This document shows positions 51,686-64,000 of a stretch of 64,000 nt of DNA, piece after piece. The translations under genes were made by a program, and so were the position numbers. Below the pieces are notes generated by a model. That model saw only the letters and a list, made by a program, of their open reading frames with translations. It had not been told where the DNA came from and ran no database searches. The DNA comes from Tubulanus polymorphus (taxonomy: Eukaryota; Animalia; Nemertea): assembly GCF_964204645.1 (NCBI RefSeq), contig NC_134029.1:13852850-13916849 (forward strand). Reading direction: 5' to 3'. Position 1 is the stretch's first letter; each line of letters begins with the position of its first letter.

Positions 51686-54600
51686 GGCTGAATATATCCA
51701 TATAATCAACTATGATTTTAGTATAATTGGTTTATCGGAAACTTGGACGGACGCCAATGTATCAAATGAATCTTTGTTTCATTTACCTGGCTTCACTAGT
51801 GTCTTCCGAAGTAGACTAAATAAGGGAGGGGGTGGAGTCGGTCTTTTGATCAATAATGCTATATCCTTTAAGATCAGGGATTCCTTAAATCTAGCTGAGT
51901 CCTTATTTATTGAAACAACTGCAAATTCTAAACATAAGCTAATTATTGGCGTTGTATACCGGACCGAACTCGGATTTAAACGATTTTCAGACTGAATTTG
52001 ATACATTTGCCCAGGGGGTTAACCGTCTAAATGTTATTCTCATGGGCGATTACAATATTGACTTCAGTAAGTTTGGCAAAAATTACTTAAGTGACAATTT
52101 TATGAATACTGCGATTTCTAATTCCTTTTCGCCCCTCATCACTTTCCCTACTCGTGTCACCGAGCACTCTGCGACTGTTTTTGATAACATTTTAATTAAT
52201 TTTATTGACGAATTCCAAACTAAGTGGCGTTTTTTTAGCTGATCTCACGGATCATTACCCAATTTTTGCCGCCATTCAAGGTGTATATGAGACTAAACCA
52301 GACAAATCCCCGTCGAAAACTCAGGTCCGTGATATTAACTCATGGTCAATTGAACATTTCTCACGCTCTTTGTTGGCCAGTAACTGGCAGAATGTATATA
52401 ATAACGACAACCTTGAAATGTTGTGTAACGAATTTTATAAAATTGTGAACAGCTGTTATGATACATGTTTCCCGATTAAACAAATCGCACCGAAAAAAGC
52501 CAATAAGCCATGGGTTACAAATGGTATTAGAAACTCTAGTAAGTGTAAAGAAAAATTTTTTAAGAAATATTTAAAGAATAAAAGCGAGCAGAGTTAAGAC
52601 AAATATTGTAAATATAGAAATATGTTAAATGCTCTACTTAAGAAAAGTAGAGAAATGTATGATAAAGGGAAATTTTTATCATGTAAATCAGATCCAAAGG
52701 AAATATGGAAAACTACTAACACTTTTTTCAGTAAGGCCAAACATAAGGGCCACGAGGGCCAGTTTTTGAAAATATGGTATTGATTGATGTGAATGAAATA
52801 TCCAATGAATTCAATAATTATTTTGTAAATATAGCTACACAATTAGAATCTCAGATACCCGCATCAGATAAAGACTTTAAAGATTTTCTTGGCGAAAAAA
52901 TTAACAAGAGCCCCAAGGGGCACAATGGCCAGCCTGTCAGATTTGCTTTTTATAAATGATGTAATCTGTGGGTTATATTTATCAGTATACACTCCCTGCT
53001 CAATATCATTTACATAGTAAAATCGTGTGTTAACACAGACAGCAGGAACGAATGTAATATAGAAATACTAAGTTATTGTATTGTTCAACCCCCCTGGTGG
53101 CCATATACAAAAATCAATGAGCTTGAAACTCACCAAGATCATAGACCATGTCATGAGCTACAACTTTCCAATTGATTGTGGTAGCAAAATATGCATAGGT
53201 ACGAATGTAATATAGAAATACTAAGTTATTGTATTGTTCAACGCCCCCTGGTGGCCATAAACAAAAACCAATGAGCTTGAAACTCATCTCGATCATAGAA
53301 CATGTCATGAGCTACAACTTACCAATTGATTATAGTAGCAAAATATGCTTAAGTATCAATTATGATGTGGAAAAACTTTTTTTCCACCTACGAATGAGTA
53401 CTGATGTCCCCAAGATGGCCGCCAAGTGCGTCATAATTGCCTGGTCAAAAATACCCTCTCGGATATAAAAGATCCCTTTCCAAAGAATACCCATTACAAA
53501 TTGCAATGAAACATGGCACACCATTAGAAAGCTACAGGACTCAGAATTCAGGCCAAAATTGACATTTTTGGGAACAAAAAAGGTTACAGTACGGCCATCT
53601 TGAGTCCGATCGACCCAATTTTTCTCATGCCGATGGGCCCTCGGGGGATACAAATATATACGAATGATCAAGGTTATTGATAAAAGTGTCTTCAAAATTT
53701 CCCTCGAAAACTTCAAAAATGTGTAAAAAGTGCTGATTTTGGCGAACAACAATGGCTGCCAGTCGGCCATCTTGAATCTGACAGGGCCAGTTTTTGGCCT
53801 GAAGATGTGTCTAGGGTAGATACACGTATAAACCAAATATCAAGACATTACCTTGAAGTGTCTTCAAAACTTTGGAACTCTCACGAACTATCTAGATGGT
53901 TATCTCTCGACCTAAATAGCTTCAAGACCCATCTCAAAACAACTTTGTTCCATGCAGCATACCATTAACTCTCGGAAAGCGAATTGTATTTAACATTTTT
54001 TGGCAGAATAAAATTTGATTGAATTTGCAATTCGGGCACATGGCTAATTAGCATATCAAGGTCATACACCCGATTTGGTAAAACCTTTTTTTTCGCGAAC
54101 CTTGCGCAATTGTCAAGGATGAATTTTCTGTAGAGCAAATAAAAATTCCTCCCAAACACCTAATCAACTAAAGATTTCATAGAAATCGATCTTGAAATAC
54201 AATTTTAAATCTTAAAATAAAACCCGGAAGTAAAACAGTAGACGATACCGCGGATTCACGTGAACACCTGATTTCTGTAAACGAAATGTTGGTTGTGACA
54301 AAATTGTTCAGACGGTTTTAGGTGGTAATAAGTACGGAAACGTAACGACCATGGTCGACTTATTCGACGAAATCAGGCCTATGTGATATCCAAATTTTGA
54401 CTTTTTTATTCTCCAGACCTCCCTGATATAGAAATAAAAAAATTTTTGTGGTACGAAAGTGCAATCACAGCGCCGACGGGGACAGAGCTGTGTCAGCGGA
54501 GTGAAAATTGAGGTGGACGAACACGAAGAAGTAGGCTATTGCGCTACTTGAATCACGAAAACTCCTGGCGCGGCCCTGACGCTTTTCGTTGATTAAGTAA

Positions 54601-57045
54601 TACAAATATCATGCAATGGGTTTTCACAATCTACCGCTGGTATTTACCTGATTTCAATATCACTCCAAAATTCAAAGAAACCTCGAAATATCGAACCGGA
54701 ATACTTCCGGTAGATATCCGCGGCTGCCCAACCGGGAAACTTATTAGTTTCAATAGATATTGATAGGATCCATCATCTTCACCCGTCAAGGGATTCGGAC
54801 CCACTAAGCTAAAGCCATGCCAGAATCGGGTCGGGCCAATCACAGCGCTTGTAACAAACCACATTAGGCTTCTGTGGAATTTCCCAGTAAATGGGCCAAT
54901 CAGCGAACACGTAGGCGAACGCGGAAGTATTGTCGCGTGTTGATACATGAAGTCATGCGCAAAAGCGCCAGTAATGAAATCGCGATAATTCACGTGAACA
55001 GCTGCTGATATTTTCAGATAAACCAATCACAGGGAAGACACAACTTCCTGATTGGCTGATAAAAATTGAAATTTTCCTGATTTAACTTTCGTGCTCGCTA
55101 CGATTCCGAGAATGGATTACGCTTAAATACGTGATTTGTTCGAATATGCCCTCACTTGGCAAGCAAAAGAGCCTTTTGTGTGGAAACCATGTCATTTAAA
55201 TTCGCTCCATTTGTATAGTAATAGGCTCAGCCTACGGCTGGCCTAATAATAATTTTTTTCGATCGCCTATTGAGGAAATAGTTATGAATTTAAAAAAAAG
55301 CTTTCAGCGGATGTGATAATATCAGTATGAAAATGCTCAAAGCCAATATCTCCTCAATTTCCCAGCCTTTGTCTTATATCTTTAATTGTAGCTTCATTAC
55401 GGGAGTTGTACCGAGTATTTTCAAAATCCCACATGTTACACCAATTTTCAAAAAGGTGATAGAACTATTTTTTAGCAATTATCGCCCAATTTCTATCCTT
55501 CCATCGACCTCTAAAATTATAGAAAAACTATTCTATAACAGGTTATTGAAATTTTTAGATAAGTTTAACCTTTTAGCTGAGCGCCAATTTGGCTTCAGGA
55601 AAAACCGTTCCATGGCCTCAGCACTAACTTTCATCACTGACAAAATAGTTGAATCTCTTGATAAGGGCCTCTTACAGCTGGTGCATTAATCGATCTGTCC
55701 AAAGCATTTTACACTATTAACCATAAAATTCTAATTACTAAACTAGAACATTATGGTATCCGTGGTTCTCCCTTAAGTTGGTTCCATAATTATCTCCTGG
55801 GTAGGAAACAAGCTGTAAAGTTTAAAAACTGTTTATCTAACCACAAAATTATTACTTCCAGAGTCCCACAGGGGTCTATTTTAGGTCCCTGCTGTTTCTT
55901 ATTTATATCAATGACTGTCCATCCTCTTGTAAGCTTTTACAATCAATACTATTTGCCGATGACAGCAACTTTTTTACAGTGATCGAGACCCAAAAAAATT
56001 AGAGCATACATTAAATACGGATCTAGCAAATCTATTACAGTGGTTTAGAGCCAATAGATTATCTGTGAATATAGATAAAACTCAGTATATGGTATTTGGC
56101 AATAGGGGCCACCTAGGACTTAATATCTTTCTTGGCAATAAAATCATTAATCGTGTTGATAGTGCAAAATTCTTAGGTGTCATTTTTGATCGTAATTTAA
56201 CATGGAAAGATCATATATCGTCTGTCTGTAAAAAGGTTTCTCGGGGGATTGGAATAATCAATAGACTCAAAAACTTCCTGCAATTCGATATTCTCAAAAA
56301 TCTCTATCATTGTTATGTCCACTCGCATTTGCAATATGTAAATCTTGTTTGGGGCAACGCCTGTACATCATATTTACAACCTTTATTTATACTACAAAAA
56401 AGGGCCCTTAGAACCATTACTCAATCCTATTGGCTTGAACACACCTCTCCAATATTTCGCAAACTACATTTTCTAAAACTGGAAGATATCCACAAATTCC
56501 AAATTGGTTATTTTGTCTTCCAACAGGCTAGCCATCACCTGAAATTTTCAATCATTTCTTTTAACTTCAGAAACAACATTTATAGATGTAGTCCGACTCG
56601 CAGGCCGCGGGACCTACATATAGCATTTGCTAACTCCAATTACAAATACAAGTCTGTCAAAATCCAAGGGGCCAAATTCTGGAACAGTTTAAGTACAAGC
56701 CTCGAATGCCCTCAATCTCCATCCGCTTTTAAAAATAGTCTTCATCATTTCCTTTGTTCTAACTATTGATTGATACCATTTCCATGCTAATTGCTTGTTC
56801 TTCCATTTTGAATGTATGTATGTATCCAAATGTTTGGTAACGTGTGCACATGAGAGTGAATGAGGGTGTGCATGTGGGAGTGAATGGACGAGGAATTAGG
56901 ACTAGTTAAAGCCAACTTTGGCTTTTCCTAATTCCTCTCATAATCTATTGCTACAATGATTGATTGTTATTATATTTTCAGACTCTATCGTATTGTATAA
57001 TTACATATCTTTGTATCAATCTATCATGCAAAATAAACTATACCA
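51686..57045 (+). mobile_element. L2/CR1-group LINE ORF2 (APE endonuclease plus RT), decayed and interrupted at 52903-55247
   Basis: IGLSETW, GGGVGL, GVVYR, MGDYNID, PTRVT..SAT.FDNI, TDHYPIF; NYRPISILP, QFGFRK, VPQGSILGP, FADD, KFLGVIFD..LTWK.HI, LQKRALR. 3' UTR stem-loop GAGGAATTAGGA...TCCTAATTCCTC at 56890-56937, then AATAAACTATAC. Confidence 0.92.
52903..55247. mobile_element. Second Helentron/pearl-like non-autonomous element carrying 153-bp tandem repeats
   Basis: Interrupts the LINE in an A/T site. The left end has AACAAGA, hairpin GCCCC-AA-GGGGC and GGCCAGCC; the right end has hairpin CAGCC-TAC-GGCTG overlapping GGCTGGCC. Tandem units start at 53050 and 53203. Confidence 0.65.
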
Positions 57046-57154
57046 TTCTAATTGGCTCAATGCCAACTTCATATCGCTGACAAAGGTAAACCAAAAAAAA
57101 ACAATATGAAATAAATGAATTGAGAAAAATTTATCATTTTTTGCACTTAAAAAA

Positions 57155-57405
57155 GAGGTTAAAACAAGGAGTAAGTGTTTAATGAATTTTGAGATTAAAA
57201 ACAAGGTTAAAATGAGGAGTAAATGTTGAATGAACTTTTGAAATTGAAATGAGGTTAAAATGAGGAGTAAAAATTTAATGAATTTTTAAAAATAAAAACG
57301 AGGTTAAAATGAGGACAATTTAATTAATTTTGAAATTAAAAATGAGGAGTAAAAATTAAACGAATTTTGAAATTAAAAATGAGGTTAAAAGGAGGAGTAA
57401 TGAAT
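57155..57405. repeat. AT-rich ~43 bp minisatellite
   Basis: About six degenerate copies of GAGGTTAAAATGAGGAGTAAA..TTAATGAATTTTGAAATTAAAAAT. Confidence 0.85.
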
Positions 57406-57622
57406 TGTGTATTTTCTTTTTAATTACAACTAGAGTAATACCTGTGAAAACCACAGGTGATTTCCTTTGGCCCAGAACTTCAAACTGTTCAATTTATTCA
57501 CAATGGAATTAAGTCGGGCCATTTAAAATCTATGTGTCCATGCCCGTGGAGACCCTATGAGCTTTGATGACTTGTACCTGTGGAGACCGGGAACCTGGAA
57601 TCGGAGGTAAACAAAATATGTA

Positions 57623-57696
57623 TGGAGCTACGCAGGACTCGAACTCCCAACCCATCAGGTGCAAGTCTTGTGCTCTACAACTGGGCCATCGTGACT
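57623..57696 (-). pseudogene. tRNA-like (Ala, TGC) degenerate sequence inside a repeat
   Basis: Minus strand TGGCCCAGTTGTAGAGCACAAGACT-TGC-ACC...GGGAGTTCGAGTCC...CTCCA. A and B boxes are present but the acceptor and anticodon stems pair poorly. Confidence 0.45.
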
Positions 57697-57934
57697 GCAT
57701 AATGATGCTGCACTGTTGAATAGCTTTGATGCAGTTAGAGTCAATAATTAGAATTCCTGCTTACTGATTGGCTGAAATTTTGTCTGCCTCTGTTTGGCCC
57801 CCCTATAAATATTTTCAGACCCGTTTATACCTGTTGCATTAGTTTATACAATGATTGACTACCACAAAAAATTTCAAGGCCCAATTCTTCTCCACGGCGA
57901 CACTATTTGGTACATAGTTTCGCACTAATAGATA

Positions 57935-59875
57935 AGATTTTTCCTTAATAAATGGAAACAATTCAAACAATGATTTATCAAATTGATGGTTATAAATTGA
58001 AAAATTTATTAGATGTAATGGAAATCAAACATTATATTTCATTTAATGAAATAAAATTTCAGAAATCTTATATGATTAATGACATTAAAGATCTAATATT
58101 AGATGGTGAAATATTTAGAATAATGGAATAAGTTGATGAGAATAATGTTGAAATATTTAATACGTTATTAACTTATTCATTAGTGAATTAATCAATGAAC
58201 TAATCATTCAAACTGAAAATAAAGGACCAATGGTCCAGTGGCTCGCCAAACTGGTGTAAAGTAAAAAATCTGTCACGTAGGCTACCGGTATGCAAAAAAT
58301 CATTTCATTAAAAATTAAACCTGAAAAAAATATATAAAAAGGACTCAATTTTGGTCAGTGTGAACTTTTAATGATAACTGACTTTCAACGAGAATTTAAT
58401 CTTTGAAAAAATTGATTATGGGCCTTTTGTCTGAACAAATGTTCATAATTTTGATACATCCCTTGAATGACGCAAAACAACTAAAACTATGAGTGACCCG
58501 TTACGATAGGGTACAAACTTGGTGAGAGCCTGGGTTTCATCGGAGGTTTTTCATTATCATATACGGACCAATCAGCACAGAAACTCCCAAGTTCTTCAAA
58601 TTTGAGGCCAGTGCCGGTTACTGACGAAACAAAGTTTATCGACTGACGTGGTGTTTAATAATTTCACGATAGGATTGCTTTAAGTAGCTTACATCTTCAC
58701 TCAGACAAATCGTCGTTATGCGCGACCTACACCGTGGCGCGTACTCTATAACTGATACATACACGCAGTCAACACGATTGTATAAGGCGATATTGCCTAT
58801 GCGTTTGTACACGACTGTTTTCAACGCATACGCTCATCACTGTGCCCGATTAACAAACTAATACTAATAATCAGGCTCCATAATGGATCGCTAATGCTTC
58901 AATTAATGATGATAAAGCAAGTATTCCAGTCATGTATATATCAGACTCATCCCTAAAAATCCGTTACTATCAATAAATAAGCTGCGTTGCGAACACGGAA
59001 GTGAATTTCCACGTTTTGAAACCACATTTTTGTCAGATTTCTTGATGCAACGTTACCTTACTACAAAAAACTACATGAATCATTGAACACATCGCACACA
59101 ATAAAGCATTATATCATATGCCTTGAGTATATTTTGGACAGTGAAAGATGCTGCATAAAAAAACATGCTCAATTAAATCAAATTTTTGAAACTTTTTGGT
59201 AAATTTGTAAAAAAAATATGAAACCCACGGCTTTCAACTTTGCGCACTATAAAGAAAAACCAATTACGAAATATAATTTTGCCTAATTAGTTAATTTCGC
59301 CCAGTAGTAGTGAAATTACAGACTACTGAAATTGCGCTGGAGTATGCTAAAAATAGCTTTGAGCGTAGTGTATTAGGCATACGAATGATTATCAATTGGC
59401 CAGAACGTTGACACGGGCTCACTAACGTGAGCCAATAAAAAACCTAAAATCTATTATTTAAACAATAATTCAGATTATAAACTTATGAAGATAAATCGAT
59501 ACAATGCGATTTAGAAAATGAAAAAATGGTTGAACAAAAAGGGATTCAATGTGAATTTGATGATGAAATTAATAAATTGAGAAAATATAATCCGGATGAA
59601 ATAGTTAACTGCAGTTGTGGTAGAAAATATACTTTAAAAAATAAATCACGCCATTTTAATTTAAAATATCATAAATAATCAACTCTTAAAATTGATTTAA
59701 ATCAAATCATCATTAAATTAAGTTAAATAGCTTGATGAATTTCTATAAGTTTAATATTTCTAAAATATTTGAATATATAATTGTTCAAGAATTAATTAAA
59801 GAATTAATTATGCTTCGAATATGTTAAAGTGATTGAATTTTTTTCTTTAATAAATGAAAGATTTCATTATTAGGG
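57935..59875 (+). other. AT-rich intronless gene remnants, possibly from a Polinton/Maverick or DNA virus, interrupted by an insertion at ~58218-59437
   Basis: ORF 57952-58191 with one internal stop; frame 59481-59678 ending CSCGRKYTLKNKSRHFNLKYHK*; shared TTTTC(C/T)TTAATAAATG start context at ~57939 and ~59842. Confidence 0.4.
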
Positions 59876-60199
59876 GAAAATCCAGTAGGCCTATTGTGAT
59901 TACTGTACGATTTGAAGTTTTGAGCCTAAAAATACATCAAAGAAAGCAGTTCCAGGAAGGTCACATATGACAAACTCATAATGTTGACAAATGAGGTAAA
60001 AGGCAGCCTAAATGATTTGTCCGCTGAACCATGTGGTATCAGATCCTGGTGATGATGCAGTTGCTCACATCTGCTGGTAGGGAGATTTACTGCACTGCCA
60101 GAACCACTCACAGAAGATGATGAAATTGACAATCCACATTATGATACAGAGCAGAAATCCCTACAGAGTTGTTAGCTACTCTAATAGCAGCTAGATGAA

Positions 60200-61100
60200 A
60201 TTGAGTTTCTGTTCGCTAGTAATGTGAGAGCCAAATTGCTTCAAGTTGGATAAAATACAAGTTGCCTGAATTTATCTGAAATAGAGCCAATGAAATTCAA
60301 AAGTTAGAGGGAGAAAATTGGCATTTCTGTCCAATTTCAGAGAACCTGGCAGACATTCTAATTCGGTGGTTTGAAAATTCAAACCTAGAACAAAAAATCT
60401 TAAATATCAAATGGTTTCAAGGACCTAAATGGTTACTTAATGACAAGAGACCAGTAACATTCACTCTCACTTCTGGTGCTTCATTTGTCATCCATAGAGG
60501 AGCAAAATCTTTAATTTCCTGTTTCGTGTTTTATCAGAGTAGAGAACACTTGTCTTTGATGAAAATTTTACAAGTCTCTGTGTTAGTTTATCGCTTCATA
60601 CGTAACTGCTGTATGACTGCTAACGAATGTCATCTTTGGATACAGCTGATGAAATTGAGGTAAGCCAACTTGTAAAACACTATCTTTGTAGTTGTGTGGT
60701 TTGTTGTGTGGTTTGTGGTTCATCAACCAATTTTCTTACAAAATCCATCTCATTGCCAAATACTAGTTACACAATCTAATTGCTTCATTTCATAGGTGTG
60801 GACTACCTTGGTCCAATGACAGTTAAATTGCACAATTTTAATAAAAAAATGTTGTCTGTGTTCGTTGACTTGTGGTCACTCACACAATTCATTTAGAACT
60901 GGCCTGGGACCTGACAACGGAAAAATTCTTGTTAGCCTTGAGGTCAGTGGCTCAACAATCTCTACCTAAACATTATATTTCCAACAACACTTTAACTTTA
61001 CAACCTTCTGTTGCAAATGGACTCTCAAAAATTATTCTCATCAGAAGTGTCCCCCTTTACAGCAAATCACCCATATAAAATGGCAGTTCATACCAAATTT
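60200..61100 (+). mobile_element. Highly degraded BEL/Pao pol remnant
   Basis: Broken frames give WHFCPISENLADIL, WFQGPKWL, VDYLGPM, IHLELAWDLTTEKFLLALR and WQFIP. Confidence 0.75.
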
Positions 61101-61830
61101 TGCCCCCTGGCTCGGTTGTAGGTAAAAATCCCCTCAGTAAAAATCCCCAAATATTCAAAGTAGGTAAAAATCCCCAGTTGGTGATTTTCAAGAACATTTC
61201 AAAGCAAAATGTTTTTCCAATTTTATTCATTTGCGATGAGGCTGAAATGTTTGAACTGCGCAAGTTCTCTTTCGTTGGGATAAATTCTTAAGTAAAATCT
61301 TAAAATAAAATTAATTGTTAGAATTAATAAGATTAATGTACTTTTTATTTGTAATATCTTCAAATTCGAACTGGAATATTTTTGAACTGTGAACTCTTGT
61401 CAATTTGTGGTATATTTGAGTTGTGCGATGCCATGAATTATAAGCAATAATGAACTTTTAATTTGAAATATTTTAGATTCAAGCTAGTGTATTTGAAATG
61501 TGCGATGAACCCTTTCATTAACTGTGATAACTTTAAGTATGGTACTAATTAAGTATTAATGAACTGTTAATTTGTAGTATGTTTTAATTCAAATGGTATA
61601 TACAATAGTTTGTATGCTCACGATATCCTTATGGTGTTCCACATTAAAATATGAATAAATTAGATATATGTATCAATAATATGAATTAAGTGACCTTAAG
61701 ATTGTATCTACTTTCACTACATTCAGAAGGAGGGGGACTTTTACAGTGGATTCTATGAGAGGATAGTTTAGAGTTTTTACAAGAAAGTGCTAAAAAGAGC
61801 TTCGACCACTTACGTTGAACTAAATATATA

Positions 61831-62485
61831 CCGTATTTTCCATTGTATAAGTCGAGTTTTTGAGACCAAAAACCATGTCCAAAAAGCGTTGGTCGACTAA
61901 TACATCGAATACGCTTTCAATATCGTTTAAACTGACAATGTTTTAGAGTTCAAGGTTGCCATGATGAAATGGAATATTAATTCATGGTATAATACACTCG
62001 TATACCAATAAGAATTTAGAATGTTGATAAAATAGTTTCTCATAGTTTGGAAATGGTTCAAACTGAACTGATGTTAAAAATCAAATGAGAAAGAAAAGCG
62101 CACACGTGTATCATTGTACAGCATTTCATGAGCGGTGCTGCTATGGCAGCGTGCCAATAATCAATACTTGAACAGCAGTCTAATACTAGACTACACAGGT
62201 GCACGGCATTCAATGTATACACAATACATTCAACAAGTGGATACAATCAATGAGCACTAATCCAGTAATTTACTATCAGAAACAACAGATCCAAATGATT
62301 AATTGCAAACAGTGGTATAGACTCTCAACTACTATGAGAATGACCTTAGCAATGTTTTCAAAAGTGACTTGTGTAAACACATGAAGAAGGGACTCGACAC
62401 CGACTATAGCCTTAGTACAACTTTTTAAACTGAAAATTTGACCTCGACTCACACACCCGGTCAACTTGTACACCGGAAAATACGG
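61831..62485. mobile_element. Tc1/mariner (pogo-like) MITE
   Basis: TA|CCGTATTTTCC ... GGAAAATACGG|TA; same terminal motif as 12504-13111. Confidence 0.8.
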
Positions 62486-62704
62486 TAGTTCAATTGACAT
62501 GGATAATCTCATCGAACAACTCATGGGAAAAACCAATCCTCTACATGAAATAGGAACACAGTTAAAGACAAAAATGAGCATTTTTGGAATCAAAGATTGC
62601 GACCAGTAGGCAAATACTGAATGGAATAAAACCTAAGATTCATATACTGATAAATAATTACATCTAACATTCACACATGGGAATTATCAATTCGTTACAG
62701 GAAA

Positions 62705-63835
62705 AAATAAATTGCCCATGGGCAAAGTGTGGTTTACCTTGAAAGCTAGAGGTTGTTTGGGGTAAGGGCATTCTGAAGTGACTTCAAAGTTCTACAAGTT
62801 TAAATATTGTATTTTATCTTTCTTAAAGGATTATTTTGTAGTCAAATAAGACCAAAGATATACATTTGTTTACGGTCCATATCCAAAATTTCGTAGGGTA
62901 CAGGTAGGCGTGGCATGGAAAGTATTTTATATATTCAAAGAAATATTTTTCATAATATGAAAAAATATTCAAATACAGTTCATATGATGTCACATATCAG
63001 AGGGTGGCTAAATGTATGGCCGCGGAAGCTAAAATACTGGTGCAGTAAGAAATCGGCGTATTAGATCGTTTTAAATCCTGGAATTTACCACTACAATATT
63101 AAGACCTCGAGCTATACCTATAGTTTGCTGCTTAGTATTTTCAGGTCACAAGAAATCACAATTTATTACAAATTCTATCAAACAGAAAACGCAGCGCTCA
63201 TCTTCTGCTGATGAAATGTCAAACGCACCAGCAAGCAGCGTTACAGTATCACTATAGTAGTGTATACTGTACGCGCGTGTGTTTGTGTTTGCAACAGTCT
63301 AATCTAATGATTTCCGCGCGCATGTGGGGCCTTGTGTAAGTGAATGTTCGCTTACACTTTTATGTCAATCAAAACAATCACCGGGTATTAAAATGAAACA
63401 ATACCTATGGCGGATAATAATTACATTCTCACCAGTAATGAGCATTTGAAATTCACACGTATACGGCACCTAGTCCAATGAAACGTTCGCCATTCTATGG
63501 CTTTCTCATAATTATTTTAGTAGCGCCGGAATTCCCCGTATATCCCAAAAACAGCCAATCACATTCCCTCGTAGAGACAACGCCCCCCAATCGAGGTCGT
63601 TGCAATTTTATACGCGAGAGCTAAGAATTTTCTCGCCAAAAACAGTTTTTCGTAGAATTTTAACAATGTTGACCATGTCATCGACGGAGGTTCGCCACGT
63701 CTTCAATCGCATTGATTATACGTCGTTTAAGCCGAGAACCAATGAAACAAATGCTCACATAAAAAACATACCGTGATTTTACATGAATTGGCTCAATGCC
63801 AACTTCATATCGCTGACAAAGGTAAACCAAAAAAA
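62705..63835 (-). mobile_element. Helentron-like element, copy 5 (full length, no nested MITE)
   Basis: AAATAAATTGCCCATGGGCAAAGTGTGGTTTACCTT ... AAGGTAAACCAAAAAAA, with a perfect 14-bp palindrome TTGCCCATGGGCAA. Confidence 0.85.
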
Positions 63836-64000
63836 CATTTCCAGCTATCAGCCAAAATGTAAATTTTTAAAATAAAAAATGGCTGTCAGTCAGCCAGCTT
63901 GTATGTAATTACCATCTGGATTCATCTACCAATACATAACCAATGAGATCAACCTTTTGTGGGGGTTTTGGGGGCCCACCCCCATAGGTACGCGGTAATA

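Noticed and set aside
53360-55026. ORFs of 158 aa (53360-53836) and 131 aa (54631-55026)
   Set aside because: No recognisable motifs; both lie within a non-autonomous repeat.
57623-57696. Functional tRNA-Ala gene
   Set aside because: The acceptor and anticodon stems pair poorly and it is embedded in a repeat; kept only as a tRNA-like relic.

Overview
AT-rich, intron-containing animal DNA, almost certainly from an invertebrate, that is mostly nested transposable-element debris. One host gene spans the window on the minus strand: five spliced exons of a nicotinamidase (Naam/Pnc1-type) from 32500 down to 5778; its 5' exons were not found. Its ~18 kb last intron holds the most notable object, an 8.66 kb DNA transposon (9770-18429) with imperfect TIRs and a 7-bp target duplication, inserted into a LINE RT gene. 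The transposon carries two convergent spliced genes: a KDZ (Kyakuja-Dileera-Zisupton/HMGXB3-like) transposase and a protein with an NRF1/EWG/P3A2-type DNA-binding domain. Its ends and the transposase first intron are packed with TGAGCA/TGCTCA motifs, one base from the NRF1 half-site TGCGCA. The window also contains a Gypsy element with both LTRs and nested BEL/Pao and MULE insertions, more BEL/Pao remnants, two CR1/L2-group LINEs, five copies of a Helentron-like repeat, many MITEs and an AT-rich virus/Polinton-like remnant. All calls were made by eye, without database searches.
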